NCBI RefSeq assembly: GCF_008831285.2
Contig: NC_045138.2
Span: forward strand, 41,416,001 to 41,480,000
Direction of reading: 5' to 3'
DNA length: 64,000 bases
DNA from: Nymphaea colorata
Lineage: Eukaryota
Position 1 is the stretch's first letter; the number at the start of each line of letters is the position of its first letter. Both the position numbers and the translations under genes were made by a program. Below are positions 11,715 through 24,170 of this stretch, piece by piece. The notes below the pieces were generated by a model. That model was given only the letters and a program-made list of their open reading frames with translations. It was not told where the DNA came from and ran no database searches.

Positions 11715-13113
11715 ACCGCTTTACCGTACCACCACGGCTCTAAGAACGACCTAAAGGCCCACCGGTCAAGTGCTGACCACGTGGTCCTGCCCCATCCATG
11801 TGGCCACTTGTCAACACATCTTTAGATAGCAGTTGAAAGGGCTCAGGGGATGATGCAACAGTCAGGGCGAGAGCTGGTAGGCAGTCGTTTCCATTTCAAA
11901 TTACTAGGACATCAATTCTCTACGCTGTACCATGCACAAGTTAAAGTGTGGCAGGGGTGGCACCTCGAAATCCAACCTTGCACCTTTTTAAAAATAAAGG
12001 GTTGGGTGGGGACTTGAGCTTCTATCGAGCGGAGGCAAACCTCGTTCACCCGAAAAGGTTAAAATGTGATCTGGTCCAAACTCAAACTCAAATCCAAGTT
12101 TATGTGAACTTGTCAGTAGATTCATTTTTCTCATAATTTGCTTGATGAAATTAGTCTTGGAAACAAAGAAGTAGATCAAACATTAGCGACGGATTTATGA
12201 ATCGCAATAACGAGGCAGAGATCAATGCATTGGTCATTCATAAGTAGAGATGAATCTGAATGAAGTTTGAAAATTTTGAGAGCATTACACACACACACGC
12301 ATAATTTCATTAAGGTGGAAATTTTTAACCATGATGGCTTAGTTTGAAACAACCGATAAAAATACTATGAAACAGAAAAACTAGCAATGTTTTATTGTAC
12401 ATTTAGCGACAGTTTTTACATATTTAACCGTCCGGCAACCAGATCTATCCTTTTATGCCAACTTAGGCAGCGACGCTTTTAATTTCTAAGAATCTTGATT
12501 TGACAGCTTCCAGTCTATTTTTTTGTTTGGCATCGAAGTCTATGAATATTTAATATTAACATTTTGCCCCATACTGCAATAAATCCGATTGTCTTTACAA
12601 GAAGATATTTGCAAGTCCGAATGGCGAGGAGAACGCAAGTGGGTTTTTTTTTCTTTGTGGTTTGAGATGTTATAATTTTTTGGAGAAGTAGGAATCAAGG
12701 TATTAGAAATCCAGAAGTTCTTTGATGCTTAATAAAATCAAACCATCTATTTTTTTACTTCTTATATTTTAAATAAGTTTTAACAAAAATGTTCACATGC
12801 TTAAAATTTTTTTCATAAAGTAAGACACGGGAATGTGGATTTTTTTTAAAATATATATAGACTGTTTTCCGATGTTACTGAAGTATGAAAGTATATCCAA
12901 AAAGAAATCATGTACCAACAATAAACTTATCCTTTTCTAAAACTCCATATGTTGACCTTAGATATACATTTTTATCTACCCGATTAATCTGATGGACTTA
13001 ATCATGCCTTTTCTAATTTCTAGATCGTGTCCATCACATCCTGCCATAGCTAAAAATTTTAAAAATTGATTGTGAAACATAAACCGCATAATCTTCCATT
13101 TATGTAACAAGCA

Positions 13114-13217
13114 TTTTTTTTTCCCACTTACTTTATAGGTGAGCTGACCAGATTGGTGGCTATATATTATCTCTAGAGCCGTGTGCAATTGCTCGACTTA
13201 CTGAATTAAGTTCCCGT
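13114..13217 (-). mobile_element. Possible short tRNA-derived SINE remnant
   Basis: The minus strand begins GGGAACTTAATTCAGTAAGTCGAGCA (like a tRNA 5' end / A box) and ends in GGG(A)n. Confidence 0.3.
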
Positions 13218-13492
13218 ATGATGATCCCATAGTTGACTTTGGTTCCAGTGAGTGTCAGCCGCCCGACAAAGGGCCAAGATCTTCCTTCCTTTCTCTTTTA
13301 TGCTTTGGGATATGGTGTCACGATTGCCATCATTTATGTTTCCAAACAATAGCAATATAGCATCGAGGAGAAGTGAACTGACATACTCACCAACCCGACC
13401 GGCTATGACCTTTACCATAAAGGATGACCTTTAGCATAAAAAGAAAATTATGGATGGAAATATGACATAATGTGTACTTTGTGAACATGTAT

Positions 13493-14413
13493 TAGCCTGG
13501 GCATTAGGTTGAGCGGGGCCGACTAGGTAATTTTAAGCCAATAAGTACCTGAGCCGAGTATCGGGCATCGGGCCACGGCAAAGCTGTCCGAGGCCTGGCC
13601 CGTTTTGTGCGGATGACATGTGGGACGGACGGTGACGGCCTACAAGAGCTTTACGGCGATGGCGGACCAGGGGTAGAGGGAGGGGGGGCCGCCTATGCCA
13701 TGGCCCACCCCAACTAATTGAAAAAAAAATTATATTACAAAAATTAAAAATTTTAAGTTGGGTAATGTATTTTTTATATTGGGATTTAGCTTGGTCTTAT
13801 CCAAATAAGTTTGATGAACTATTTGGTCCGTCCTTAAAAAAAATCCTGGTTCTACCTGTGGCGGATCATAGTTACGACTTGTGGTCAAGGTTCTGGTATG
13901 GAGCAGGGCAACAATGGCGACGGAGAAGAAGGGCAGCAATCACGGCACGACAACAATGAAGGTGAGAGGAAGGGCAGCAAGCGTGGCGACGGCAACAATG
14001 AAGGTGAGGGCCGGCGGGCAGCCGGAGACGGTGCAGATGAGGTAGGTGGCAGGTGCGGCGACTGCGAGGCAGGGTGACAGGGCGTTGAAGGCGACAGCAA
14101 CGGCGTGGGCAGGGCTGCAGGCGGCAGCAATGCCGATGGTGAGAGCGATGTCTGAAGCAGAACTTTTGAAAATCGAAAGTTCTAAATTTCAAAGCCCTAA
14201 CCATACTTAAAAAAAAAAGGTTAAAAATTAAAAACTAAAACAGTGAAACTTAGGGTTCACTGGGCCCCCGATGGGCCTGCCTGGATACCCCGCCCGATTG
14301 ATTACTGGCTTGGGCAGGGCCCAATTGTGCAAGCTCCGTTGGCTTGCTTTGGTACCAAGGCTAAGGCTATGGTAGGGCCAGGTATTGAGTGCCTAACTCA
14401 GTGACCAGGCTTA
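13493..14413. mobile_element. Non-autonomous hAT-type DNA transposon with GC-rich interior
   Basis: Imperfect TIRs TAGCCTGGGCA... / ...TGACCAGGCTTA; 8-bp TSD ACATGTAT (13485-13492) / ACATGCAT (14414-14421); subterminal GGGCC/GGCCC repeats. Confidence 0.75.
13668..13858. mobile_element. hAT-like MITE nested in the element above
   Basis: Ends CAGGGGTAGA... / ...TCTACCTG; 8-bp TSD TGGCGGAC / TGGCGGAT; AT-rich core. Confidence 0.7.
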
Positions 14414-15159
14414 ACATGCATCATACATACCTTTTATACATATTTAGACTTTTACAATCCACTATGCGAAGAAATACATATCTTTTCATTTTAGACTTCA
14501 ACTCTAAAGTCTTGTAACTTGGCTCTAATAGTAACTACATTAAACCAACCCAAGACTTAGGCGGTGTGTTTGGCAGGGTTGATTCTAAGCAAGTATCCCA
14601 TGACCGATTTCTAGTAATTAGGCGCAGATCAAAAGGTTACAAACCGTAGCAGCTAATATGGAATCAATAATCTCTTGAAAATGTTTCAAATTATTTGATA
14701 GCCTCAAGTCATTCTGTATAAAGTATTGAAGTGTGTTTGAATGTAAATATATTGGGCAATAATCTTTCACATTTAACTCTTTGGCATGCATTAGAATCCG
14801 GCCGTGCTGATGTTCTACCATTTCTGGATGCCTAATATTCTCTCTATTGGGATTTGAAATTAAGACTACCGTACGGTTCTTCATGAATATGGATGGCGCA
14901 GCTGGCTATCGCATAGGTCTCATCCTAACTTATAAGGGTGACCTTGAGGTCAAGAGGTTTCTTTCACCCCCCTTCACCTCACTCAAAACTTTAAGTTTTG
15001 TTGGGTTGGTGCAATGGCTTAAGGTGTGGGTTGGTGGCTGTCAATCTCTCTTTATTTCGAGTCTCAGAGACATCGACCTTTTGTCTTGTAAAACGGAGGT
15101 CCTTGATGTGCAAGTTAAATTACAAAGGTGGTGGAACACCGAAGCACCTTGTACCCTGG

Positions 15160-15323
15160 AGGCTGTTTGGTAATAGTAATACATTGTTGCTGTTTAATGA
15201 ATTTGTCCTGTAAAATAGGATATATCCATAGAAGAGCATGTTATTAGAGTTTCATAAATCTATCACGTCTTTTGGACTAAATTCATAAAACAATAACAAT
15301 GCATTACTATTACCATACAGCCC
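15160..15323. mobile_element. Tourist/PIF-Harbinger-like MITE with long TIRs
   Basis: GGCTGTTTGGTAATAGTAATACATTGTTG... is the inverted repeat of ...AATAACAATGCATTACTATTACCATACAGCCC, followed by TTA. Confidence 0.8.
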
Positions 15324-15403
15324 TTAAGAGAATAAAAAAGGGTTGGATGGACGTTTTCGCTCTCTGTTAAGTCTCTGCCCCTATTCTCCTGAATAGTTGG
15401 TAT

Positions 15404-15594
15404 CAGGGATGGAGGCGTATGCCTCACAAAGTCCAATATAAAACTTTGAATTTACATGTTGGATTTTGATCGACCTGGGTTCAGTTATATGGGACGGCCC
15501 TATGAAACCTGAGTCACTACTCTAACGTAACTGAAAATTTGTTACCTATATATTTAGTACCTCCTAAAAAAAACTTTTGTGATTCCGCCCCTCA
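15404..15594. mobile_element. MITE of the CAGGGGCGGA/TCCGCCCCTG family
   Basis: Ends CAGGGATGGAG... / ...TTCCGCCCCTC; similar size and architecture to 13668-13858. Confidence 0.55.
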
Positions 15595-16167
15595 CTTGAT
15601 ATGCTACTTGATTTGCGGTCGTCGGATTTTGTCCAATCTCACTCTTAAACAATATGCTCTCAAGAAATATACTTAATAATGTGCACTGCCTTCGGATATT
15701 CAGTTTCGTTTGGTTAGCCATTTAGAAAAGCCATGAGAACAAAAAGCGGGTTAAGTGGTTACCAACTTGGTTCCGATGCAAATCTGCGGGAAGAGAGGTC
15801 TCCCGACCATGGTTGTCAACTCAGTTGCTCACATCTTTTAAATTAGAAGGTTGTTTTTCACCTATTCATTTGCGAGTTATCAATCAGATGGCTCATGGTA
15901 GTACGCATCTAGTGTTCATATTTGTTGATGCTCATATCATTTTCCATTATTATTATCTAACATAATCTTCGCTTTTAAAGGAACAACAATTGAAAGTTAA
16001 AGGATGTCACAAGCTTGACACCAAGAGTAGTTTTGTTCACCTTACTTTCATTTGTCGTAGAATCATCTTCCTAAAAGACCATCATTTACATGTTTTCGTG
16101 CAAATAAACTCATGAATTTCAAAAATATAAGCTCCAAGTGGTACTGTAGTGTGACCGGCTCGGGTCA

Positions 16168-16235
16168 GTGGCCAATAGTTTGAGTGGCATGGGCGCTCGC
16201 ATTAAGCATGCGTGCAGGTTCCAACCAGAGCACCA
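16168..16235 (+). pseudogene. Degenerate tRNA-Ala-like sequence (tRNA pseudogene or SINE head)
   Basis: TAGTTTGAGTGGCATGGGCGCTCGCATTAAGCATGCG...GGTTCCAACC resembles plant tRNA-Ala(AGC) TAGCTCAGATGGTAGAGCGCTCGCTTAGCATGCG. The cloverleaf is not intact. Confidence 0.4.
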
Positions 16236-17009
16236 TCACACTTATAGAACTTGACAGTGGGAAAAGTGGGGGAGCTTTGTCCCTCATGGTGGATGGTAGA
16301 TGAAATATTCTTCCCGCTCACTCAAGTATTTCAACAATATAAAGGGAAGCCTCTTCAAAAACTGCAGCTGCAGTTTATGTGCTCTCTTAACAAAAAAAAG
16401 AAAAAAAGAAAAGCATATATGCATGTCAGATTACAATGATTTGAAGTTTGATCTTCATCGAGAGAGAAGTCCGTGTAAATCAATCAAGTGGGGTCCAAAA
16501 TAATGGAAACAACTTGAAAGAATAAGATCTAAGGGAGATGAGCAGACATTAAAGACTGGATGCATGGAAGACAGTCCAGCTTGCACTTGAGCTAAGATTT
16601 GGGTGCCTTCTTATCTGATGGATCCCATCTTGGGTTAGGACAGGAACTTCACCCTTGTTTGCCACTTGTCATGCTGGAAAAACGCGTCGCAGAAGTAATG
16701 GCTTCAATAAATGGGCTATCTCTTTTTTGTATCTTCAAACTTGAGGAACCTTCCAAGAACCAGACCACTGAATAGGCCTAAAGGTAAAAACCCACGTCAC
16801 CTTTAGTCACCATAGTTTCACCAAGGCAACATCAAGAGAAACTTATAACTCAAGAAGGAAGTGTGGCTCATGCATCAGCCATTATATGTTTGGACAATCT
16901 GTTCAAGTTGAAGGGTTATTGATTCATTAAAGATTTTGAAACTTTGTTTGGATTAAGTAGCAAATTCATGTTGGCAAAGAGAGGTTGCAAAAACAATTTA
17001 ATCTTCTAA

Positions 17010-17148
17010 GGGACTGTTTGGCAAAATGAACAATATGTAACTGTTCCATGATATGGCTCAAAAGTTGGGGCACATTCATGAAACACCTTAGAAAGTGTTA
17101 TATGGACTTTCCTCAATTTTATGAGCAGATTCACCGCCAAATGGGCCC
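17010..17148. mobile_element. Tourist-like MITE
   Basis: TAA|GGGACTGTTTGGC...GCCAAATGGGCCC|TAA, i.e. TIRs plus a TAA TSD. Confidence 0.7.
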
Positions 17149-18049
17149 TAAAGATCTGGAAAGAGTAGAAGGGTGCAAATAGGTTAGCTTGAAGGCAGAC
17201 AAATTGTTATTTTGACTGCATCAGATCCACTCCAGACCTGATTTCCAATGCAATTAGCTTCTCTAGATCTCAACGGTTTGGATTTCCTGCATTGTAGGGT
17301 GTCAATCTCTGTTTGGTCTTCATTCAGTGTTCTGTCTTGAATTCCCAAGATCCAGATTGGGCCGTAATCCCATTAGACAGTAATAAAGAAAACCAAGGGT
17401 ATCGCTGCAGATTAATCAAAACCATGGCTTTGTTTCATTAGGGGAAAGACAGCATTAGCTCATCAGCCAAAGGATTGAAACTATGATCATCACCAAACGC
17501 CAACCGAAGGTCTTCAATTACAGCATCCTCAAGCAGCAAAAAAGCAGAACATACACTGATCTCCTGTCATCAGCTACATTGGCAGGTCACTAATGGCAAA
17601 ATCTGAGTCTCTAAAACTTTGTAGAAAGAAAAGGTCCATTAATAAAATTTAATTAGCATTAAAGGGGTTGATACAGTGAATGAGATAATCTGGCTTTGAC
17701 TGTCAGAAAGCAATCTAAGTAAAAATTCATGAGCAACCTGATTCACATCATCCTCGTCTATGCAAGACCGATTAAGCAATTATGCACACTACCCACAATC
17801 TGTTTGAAATACATTTTCAAGAATAGCAAGTTACAGTTGTCTGTGTTCAGCAACAAGAAAATCACTCCTTCTATCAAACAAGTAAAAAAGAGGAAGTAAA
17901 TCACTGATTCTATCAAACAGATAAAGCTCCCCATTAACCTGGACATCATTGACAGTCTAACTAGGAGTAAGAACTCAATGATTTCTCTGCTTTTCTTTTC
18001 ATGTATTAAATGTCTGTCCATAAAATTGCCGGTGTTTATGAGAATGTGG

Positions 18050-18310
18050 GTGGGCAACAGACACAGAACTAGGCCCCTCCCCACCCTACAAATTGGCCAG
18101 CAGTACAATGGCTCCCAAGCATGCCGTACCACCATACTCCACGCACGAGCTCACTCATTGGGTAGGCCCAGAGGCCAAGTGCTGACCACGTGACCACGGC
18201 CCAGCCCATGGGCCGTGTTGACCTCCCCACGTGGTCACAGCCCTCACATGTTAATGAGTGGGCTCGAGTCAGATGCCAACCTAGGTTTGCCAGGCTACCC
18301 ACTAGGTGGG
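18050..18310. mobile_element. GC-rich dispersed repeat (MITE-like), with a related copy at 11715-11825
   Basis: CCGTACCACCA...AGGCCCA...CAAGTGCTGACCACGTG...CCATG is shared between the two loci. Confidence 0.55.
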
Positions 18311-18634
18311 TGTTCAATTTTTTTTGCTCGTCTCTTCTTTCTGCAACTTTTGATCTCAATATTTTAGTATTATCTTTGAGTGTGACGTTGTTTTTATATG
18401 TTGTCAATCATCTCCCGGCCACATGTTGCCTCACAAGAGCTCCCTTCATCTGGTAGCATGGAAGTCACCAACTTGGCAGAACATCACGAGCACGAGATCT
18501 GCAATTAATGTTCTTTATTGTGGGGCTGAAGCTCGGCATGCTTTTGGGGGAATAGAAAATTTCAGGGACTCTTCCCAATTGGAATATGTTAATCTGCGGC
18601 AGTTTGATCATTATGCAATCTTCTCCCTCTCTCT

Positions 18635-18897
18635 ATTCTAAACTAAGAAAAAATCTTATATTGGTAGCAAATTGGGTTAAGTAATGAAAGATATAATGAG
18701 ATTTGAAGGACAAAAAGGAGAAGATGAATGATTGAGAGGCTTCTCAAACGCCTCGTTTTGAGTGATTCCACATTCTAAAGTAAGGAAAAATCTTCTATTG
18801 GTAGCAAATTGGATTAATGAAAAGCATAAGGAGATTTGAAGGACAAGAGCGAGAAGATGAATGATCGAAAGGCTTCTAAACGACCTTCTTTTGAGAT
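18635..18897. repeat. Diverged tandem duplication, period about 137 bp
   Basis: ATTCTAAA...AAAAATCTT.TATTGGTAGCAAATTGG...GAGATTTGAAGGACAA...GAAGATGAATGAT occurs twice. Confidence 0.85.
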
Positions 18898-20194
18898 CTT
18901 GCGACATGTTCAACCTTCCGTTTTTCTCTACAATTGGACTAAAGGGTAGGTGAGTTTTCAGAAGTTTACAAGTGCAGCAGTAGATGTATGAGGATTTAGC
19001 TGTGCCAATTTGGGAATCGCTCAGTTCTCTTTAAGAAAAAAAAATTACTTATTTATCTTAGTGAAACTTCTTTCCGAGTCGGCGAATTCGAATCAAACTT
19101 ATGGGGAATCGATTGAATTTATCAGTTACAGCCAATTCGATTCAACTTCTGAATTTCACTAAAACTGGCCCACACACCTGGCTACGTAAGTTAGTTTAAG
19201 AACTGCAATTTATTTAAGACTAAATTCCAACACCAGGAGCGTGCTTCTTCGGCTATGCCAAAGCAATGACGAATCTTTCCGCGTGGAAAGAGTGGGATGC
19301 CCAAGAGAGCAACAACTATAATAAGACACGGTAACTAAACATGCAGCTCCTTAGTCAACAGGTCTGACATCTCTTAAAAGCTCGAGAATCTCGTTCGCCA
19401 TTAAGAAAATAAAAAAGACGGTTGATAAATTATGATTTGGGCAGTATCTTTGTCAAAGACCAGAGAGGAAATGACTAAAAATTTCGGGAAAGAATGGGGG
19501 GTCGTGTTTATCACAACTTAAATTAAAGAATCGAGACAACCGAAAGGGACCGAATTAGTGAACTAACAATTAGTTAAATACATGGGAAATCGGATTCGAA
19601 TTGGATTATGTGCCTTCCAATTTAAAAAGAAACAATAACGGAACCATATTCTAACCATTGACATATACAATCTCAGAAAGAAGAAGCTTTTCTGCGGCAG
19701 AACAGCGAGACCGTGTCATAAACTGCACATGGTAGTCAGGCTAGAATTTCTTTACGTCTTTCACTCATCATTTTCATCATTATTGGTGATATCGCGTCCA
19801 CCACCTCAACTTCATCATTGAATGAAGATTTTGTACTATTGACATTCTCCAACCTCACCCTCAGTTACCTCCCCACATATTCAACATGGCTGATAAGTTA
19901 TTTTATTTTCATGGCTTGTCTGTATGTGATAAATTTCTCATGGAATGGAGCAGGCTAATGAGGTTGGCCAACAGCTTAGGAATTTAACAGGAAGAGAACA
20001 AAGAGAATTTAATGGAATATGGGGAGAGCCAGCGATATCTTTGGTAGCCTATATAGCCTAGGGATCTCAACTTCGAATACCACCAAAAGAACCGTCTTCA
20101 GTTTGACAGTTCTAAAACAAAAGGAGGGGAATTGGGAGCTCCAGCAACCCGACTTTTGTCTTTGATCATTTTTATGAAGCACAGACAGTGAGAA

Positions 20195-20242
20195 AGAGAG
20201 CGAGCGAGCGAGCGAGCGAGAGAGAGAGAGAGAGAGAGAGAG
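20195..20242. repeat. (GAGC)n(GA)n compound microsatellite
   Basis: Read directly. Confidence 0.9.
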
Positions 20243-22487
20243 TTGTTTGTCTGTGCATGCAGAAAATTTTACCATGTTATTGAATTTTGTGGATTGCTTC
20301 AAGAAAAGACTGAACAGAACAGAAGAGAGAAGTATAAGACAAAGATTGAAGGCAAAAGAGGTTTTTCTGTTGGTCAGCCTTGTCCAAGGTTGCAGATATT
20401 TAATTTATTACTGTGCCAGCGATCGCTTCTTTCATGGTCTAAAACTCTGAACTGAAAGTTTCATAAGCCCTCTCTTTCTTGAAAACTTAAGTTTCTCAAA
20501 CCCCGTCAACTTTTACTGTAGACGCCCCATGAGTTTGGCCTGCAAGTGGCCATGTTGAAGCCTAAATTCAGGACATGCCACCTGCTGGTCAGGGCCTTTC
20601 TGGCTGTCTAATCTCGCCGGTTCACACAGAGACCTAACGGAACATTAACGGAACATGTACATTCATTGATTTTATTATTAGTTACAGGAAAGATCTAAAT
20701 AGACATGTACTTCATATAGTTAAAATGACAAAAGCTGATAATTAAAACTAAAGAAATTCATGCCCTCTTGTCATTCTTTAAGTAGGCTTGCCAACTAAGT
20801 TCAAGTTGTATGCGCCTCTTTATGCGGTAAAATAATTATAGGATTATGCAGAAGAAATGCTTAACTGGAAATGGGAGGCAGTAAACGAACTGTACCATTC
20901 TAGACGCTTGGCACTCTGAAAAAGTAGGAATAGACAACAGAAATCCTCTGAAAAGAGCTATATGGGCTGGTTCATTATCTTTCTATTTGACTGTCATTTG
21001 TTTGCTCTGTAATGAACCTTGAGCTTTGAAGCTCGGCAAACTAATTCACGACGGTGGCACCATTAGCATCTTTCTTGGGAGAAGTGGATGCAGTTTAATA
21101 AGCTAAAACTAACTGTATTTTGAATTTGTCACTAGTATTAACAGAATCTTGGAGTTTGCACTGCAATTAATGGCTGCCCTAGCATGGGCACCACAAAACG
21201 AGGGGAAGAAATAAAATATAAGCAAGAAATTACTGGAGATTCAATCTCAATTATTGCGTGCCCTGGCATGAGTCCATGAGCACCACATATTAGGGTCAAA
21301 AAGGAAAAAGACTAGACTCAAGGGAGCATGTTGGTTGATTTGTGACAACTCTTTTGTGTTGACATAAGTCATCCCCTCTAAATGGTATGTTCTCGGTTAC
21401 ATACTTTTCACGCTTAGATGTCTTATATGCAGATGTTGATTCAGGTACATGCAAGTAATCATGTGTATACTTAGTGTCTCATGCATGGTAGATCTTGTTT
21501 GAGCCACAGATTCATTCATATCTCTCTGCTTCAATCTAGAATGAGAGTGCAGAGATTATGAGATCAATGGCAGGTTACATTTATGGTTTACTGAGATGGA
21601 AGGTCTTGGCAACTTCATACTGACACCGTATCCATCCTTTATGCTGACGTTGAAAGGGCAGATTTCTGACCCTTCTTTAAGACTGTATGAACTGTCTGAT
21701 TTTGACAGAAGCTGAGAAGCCCCATATTGACTCACGCAGAAGCCAGAACTCCATCAGGTTCATCTTTAAAACAGTGGGAGGCTCGAAAGAAACCTTGCAT
21801 GCAGTGGATTCATGGAGGGCCCCGCCCAAAAACTGCTCTGATAAGAGCTACTTCTGCAAATGGACTGTCACGTGGAAGGTGGAAAGCCAGGTCAGAAGAA
21901 ATGACAAGTTCTGTGGGCTCCGCGTCAGTTATCACCGTTCATCTCCACAATGGAACTATCTTCCACCCTTCACCCTGATTTTCTTTTCTCTTTTGAACCT
22001 TTTCTTTATCTTCTGCTCAGAAGCTTTTCTCTCAGTTAAAAAGCCCTCCTGAGGAGACGTCATCCGTGATACAAATCACCACTCTGGTGCTTTTATCTGA
22101 TGTCCAAAGTGCAGGTACCTGCAATGGACCACTGCCACCATATTAATTTCAAAATGACAAACTAAAAAACAAAAAATTCAAAATTACAACTACCAACTAA
22201 TTAAGTTGAAATATAAAAAGCATAGATAATCCTTATAATGAACACGAGAATCTAGTGAAGTGGCTTACCTTGGTACATGAGAAACCCCACAAAAAAAAAA
22301 TCAGTCCCAACGGTTTAGCATAAAGTGGGGAGCACACTATTTTCCGGCCAAGCTATCAAAATTGCCCACAACTTTCTACTTTTTCTCTTTCTCAATGATA
22401 GGTTGTCAGTTTTTTCATGGGCACCAAGATAATTTTTAGTCGCCAGTTCTCGTCCAAGGCTTTGGAACAGTGCGTGTGCCACGTTGG

Positions 22488-22491
<4 letters not shown>

Positions 22492-22540
<49 letters not shown>

Positions 22541-22564
22541 ACATATATATATATATATATATAT
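22492..22564. repeat. Interrupted (TA)n microsatellite ending about 22 nt upstream of the copy 2 ATG
   Basis: (TA)n GGGAC (AT)n, read directly. Confidence 0.95.
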
Positions 22565-22586
22565 GGACAGAGGTAGGAAGTGAAAG

Positions 22587-22736
22587 ATGGCGAAGTTGTT
22601 CATCAAACAAGCTGGTCTCTATGCAGAGGCTCGGCCGAGCTACCCTCCAGAACTGTTTCTGTTCATTGCCTCAAATACACCAAACCATGGCCTGGCCTGG
22701 GATGTGGGAACGGGGAATGGTCAGGCTGCAGTATCA
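22587..22736 (+). CDS. SAM-dependent methyltransferase copy 2 exon 1
   Basis: MAKLFIKQAGLYAEARPSYP...AWDVGTGNGQAA. 150 nt, TCA|GTAAGC donor at 22737; intron position identical to copy 1. Confidence 0.93.
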
Positions 22737-23531
22737 GTAAGCACCTTCATCTTTATCTCTGTATTTTTTAGTTGTTTATTCATGGCCGTCTGCAGATCGC
22801 AATGGTGGAATCAGTTCTTATGAACGATGAGCCATGGAGATCTGATGGGGGTACTTTTGTCCTCTGTGTTCCTTGTTATCTCGATAAAATTGCCGAACAG
22901 AGATCCAACCTTTACTGAACATGTTAACCATTTACAAGGAGCTCTGTTCTGTTCTGTATTTCTGAAAACAAGATTGAGAAGCCATGCTGGTCTTCTCAAC
23001 GCATTTCCATCTCTTCTGTCACACAAGGCAAAAGGATTCCCTTCTTGAACATGGACTTCTTCCATGCGAACGGGCCATTTTGGCACTGCTTCCGCAGCAG
23101 TTGTTCATCTGTTATGTGGAAGAGAAACTTGGCTCCATACATGTTTGGGGTTCACCGTAACCCGTTTGACGGGAACACCAAGTTGTAAATTTGTGCGACA
23201 TCCACACTTTGATGCTGTAACTTGTACCCAGCTTTAAACCTTCCTTTCCTGGTAGTAGTAAGAAATGAAGAAGAATACCACGGGAAAACTTTGGTGGCAT
23301 CTATATTCATTACATAGATGGCTGCCTTCCACTCCATGCCAAAGTGGATAATGTACGCATTCCACATGATGTGAGGCAGTATTTAGCAGCATCATGTGAT
23401 TTGGATATGAAAGTCTGCAAGTTCAGCTCGTACCAAAGAGCCCAGCACATTAGCCTTTACATTCATTGTCTGTTTATTCGCTCTCTCTCTCTCTCTCTAA
23501 CTTGGTCCCTCCTTGGTGTTCTGTTTTGAAG

Positions 23532-24170
23532 CTTGCAGGGATATACAGGAATGTGGTGGCAACAGACACTAGCCCCACTCAGTTGGCTTTGGCACACAGG
23601 TTGCCCAACATAAGGTATCAGCTCACTCCGCCCTCAATGAGCCTAGATGAGCTCACCCAGTTGGTGGCCCCTCAGTCAAGTGTTGACCTGGTGACTGCAG
23701 CCCAGGCCATACACTGGTTCGACCTACCAACCTTCTACAAGCAAGTGAAACACGTCCTTAGAAGACCTGGTGGAGTACTGGCCGTCTGGTGCTACACCAA
23801 ATCTTATGTTGATGATGCTGTCGATGCCGTTTTCCACCGCGTTTTTGAGAGGTCCATACATTTCTCGCCGCCGGAGTGCAAGCTCATCAGTGATCACTAC
23901 ATAAATCTGGATTTTCCGTTCGACCCCATCGACGGCGAGGAGCACACCGGCCCGTTTACATTCGAGTCCGTAGTCCTCATGGATTTAGACATGTATTTGA
24001 CGTATATAAGATCATGGTCCGTCTACCAAAATGCGTACCAGAAAGGGGTCGATCTCTTGAATAAGCAGGTTGTGAGGGATTTTGAGAATGCATGGGGAGT
24101 GAATGAGATCAAACCGGTTAGGTTTCCTCTTCACCTGCGGATTGGTAGAGTTGGGGGCAAGAACTTCTAA
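23532..24170 (+). CDS. SAM-dependent methyltransferase copy 2 exon 2 (262 aa total)
   Basis: TTGAAG acceptor at 23531, homologous to copy 1. Reads LAGIYRNVVATDTS...AQAIHWFD...YIRSWSVYQ...LRIGRVGGKNF*. Confidence 0.92.
   Translation, partial: LAGIYRNVVATDTSPTQLALAHRLPNIRYQLTPPSMSLDELTQLVAPQSSVDLVTAAQAIHWFDLPTFYKQVKHVLRRPGGVLAVWCYTKSYVDDAVDAVFHRVFERSIHFSPPECKLISDHYINLDFPFDPIDGEEHTGPFTFESVVLMDLDMYLTYIRSWSVYQNAYQKGVDLLNKQVVRDFENAWGVNEIKPVRFPLHLRIGRVGGKNF

Noticed and set aside
13872..14204. Arg/Cys/Pro-rich ORFs
   Set aside because: They lie within the hAT element's GC-rich repeats; not gene-like.
16168..16235. Functional tRNA-Ala gene
   Set aside because: Acceptor stem, anticodon stem and variable region are disrupted; kept only as a degenerate remnant.
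18436..18456. AGAGCTCCCTTCA match to miR159/319
   Set aside because: Only matches the miRNA 3' portion; the seed-pairing end differs and I see no hairpin partner.
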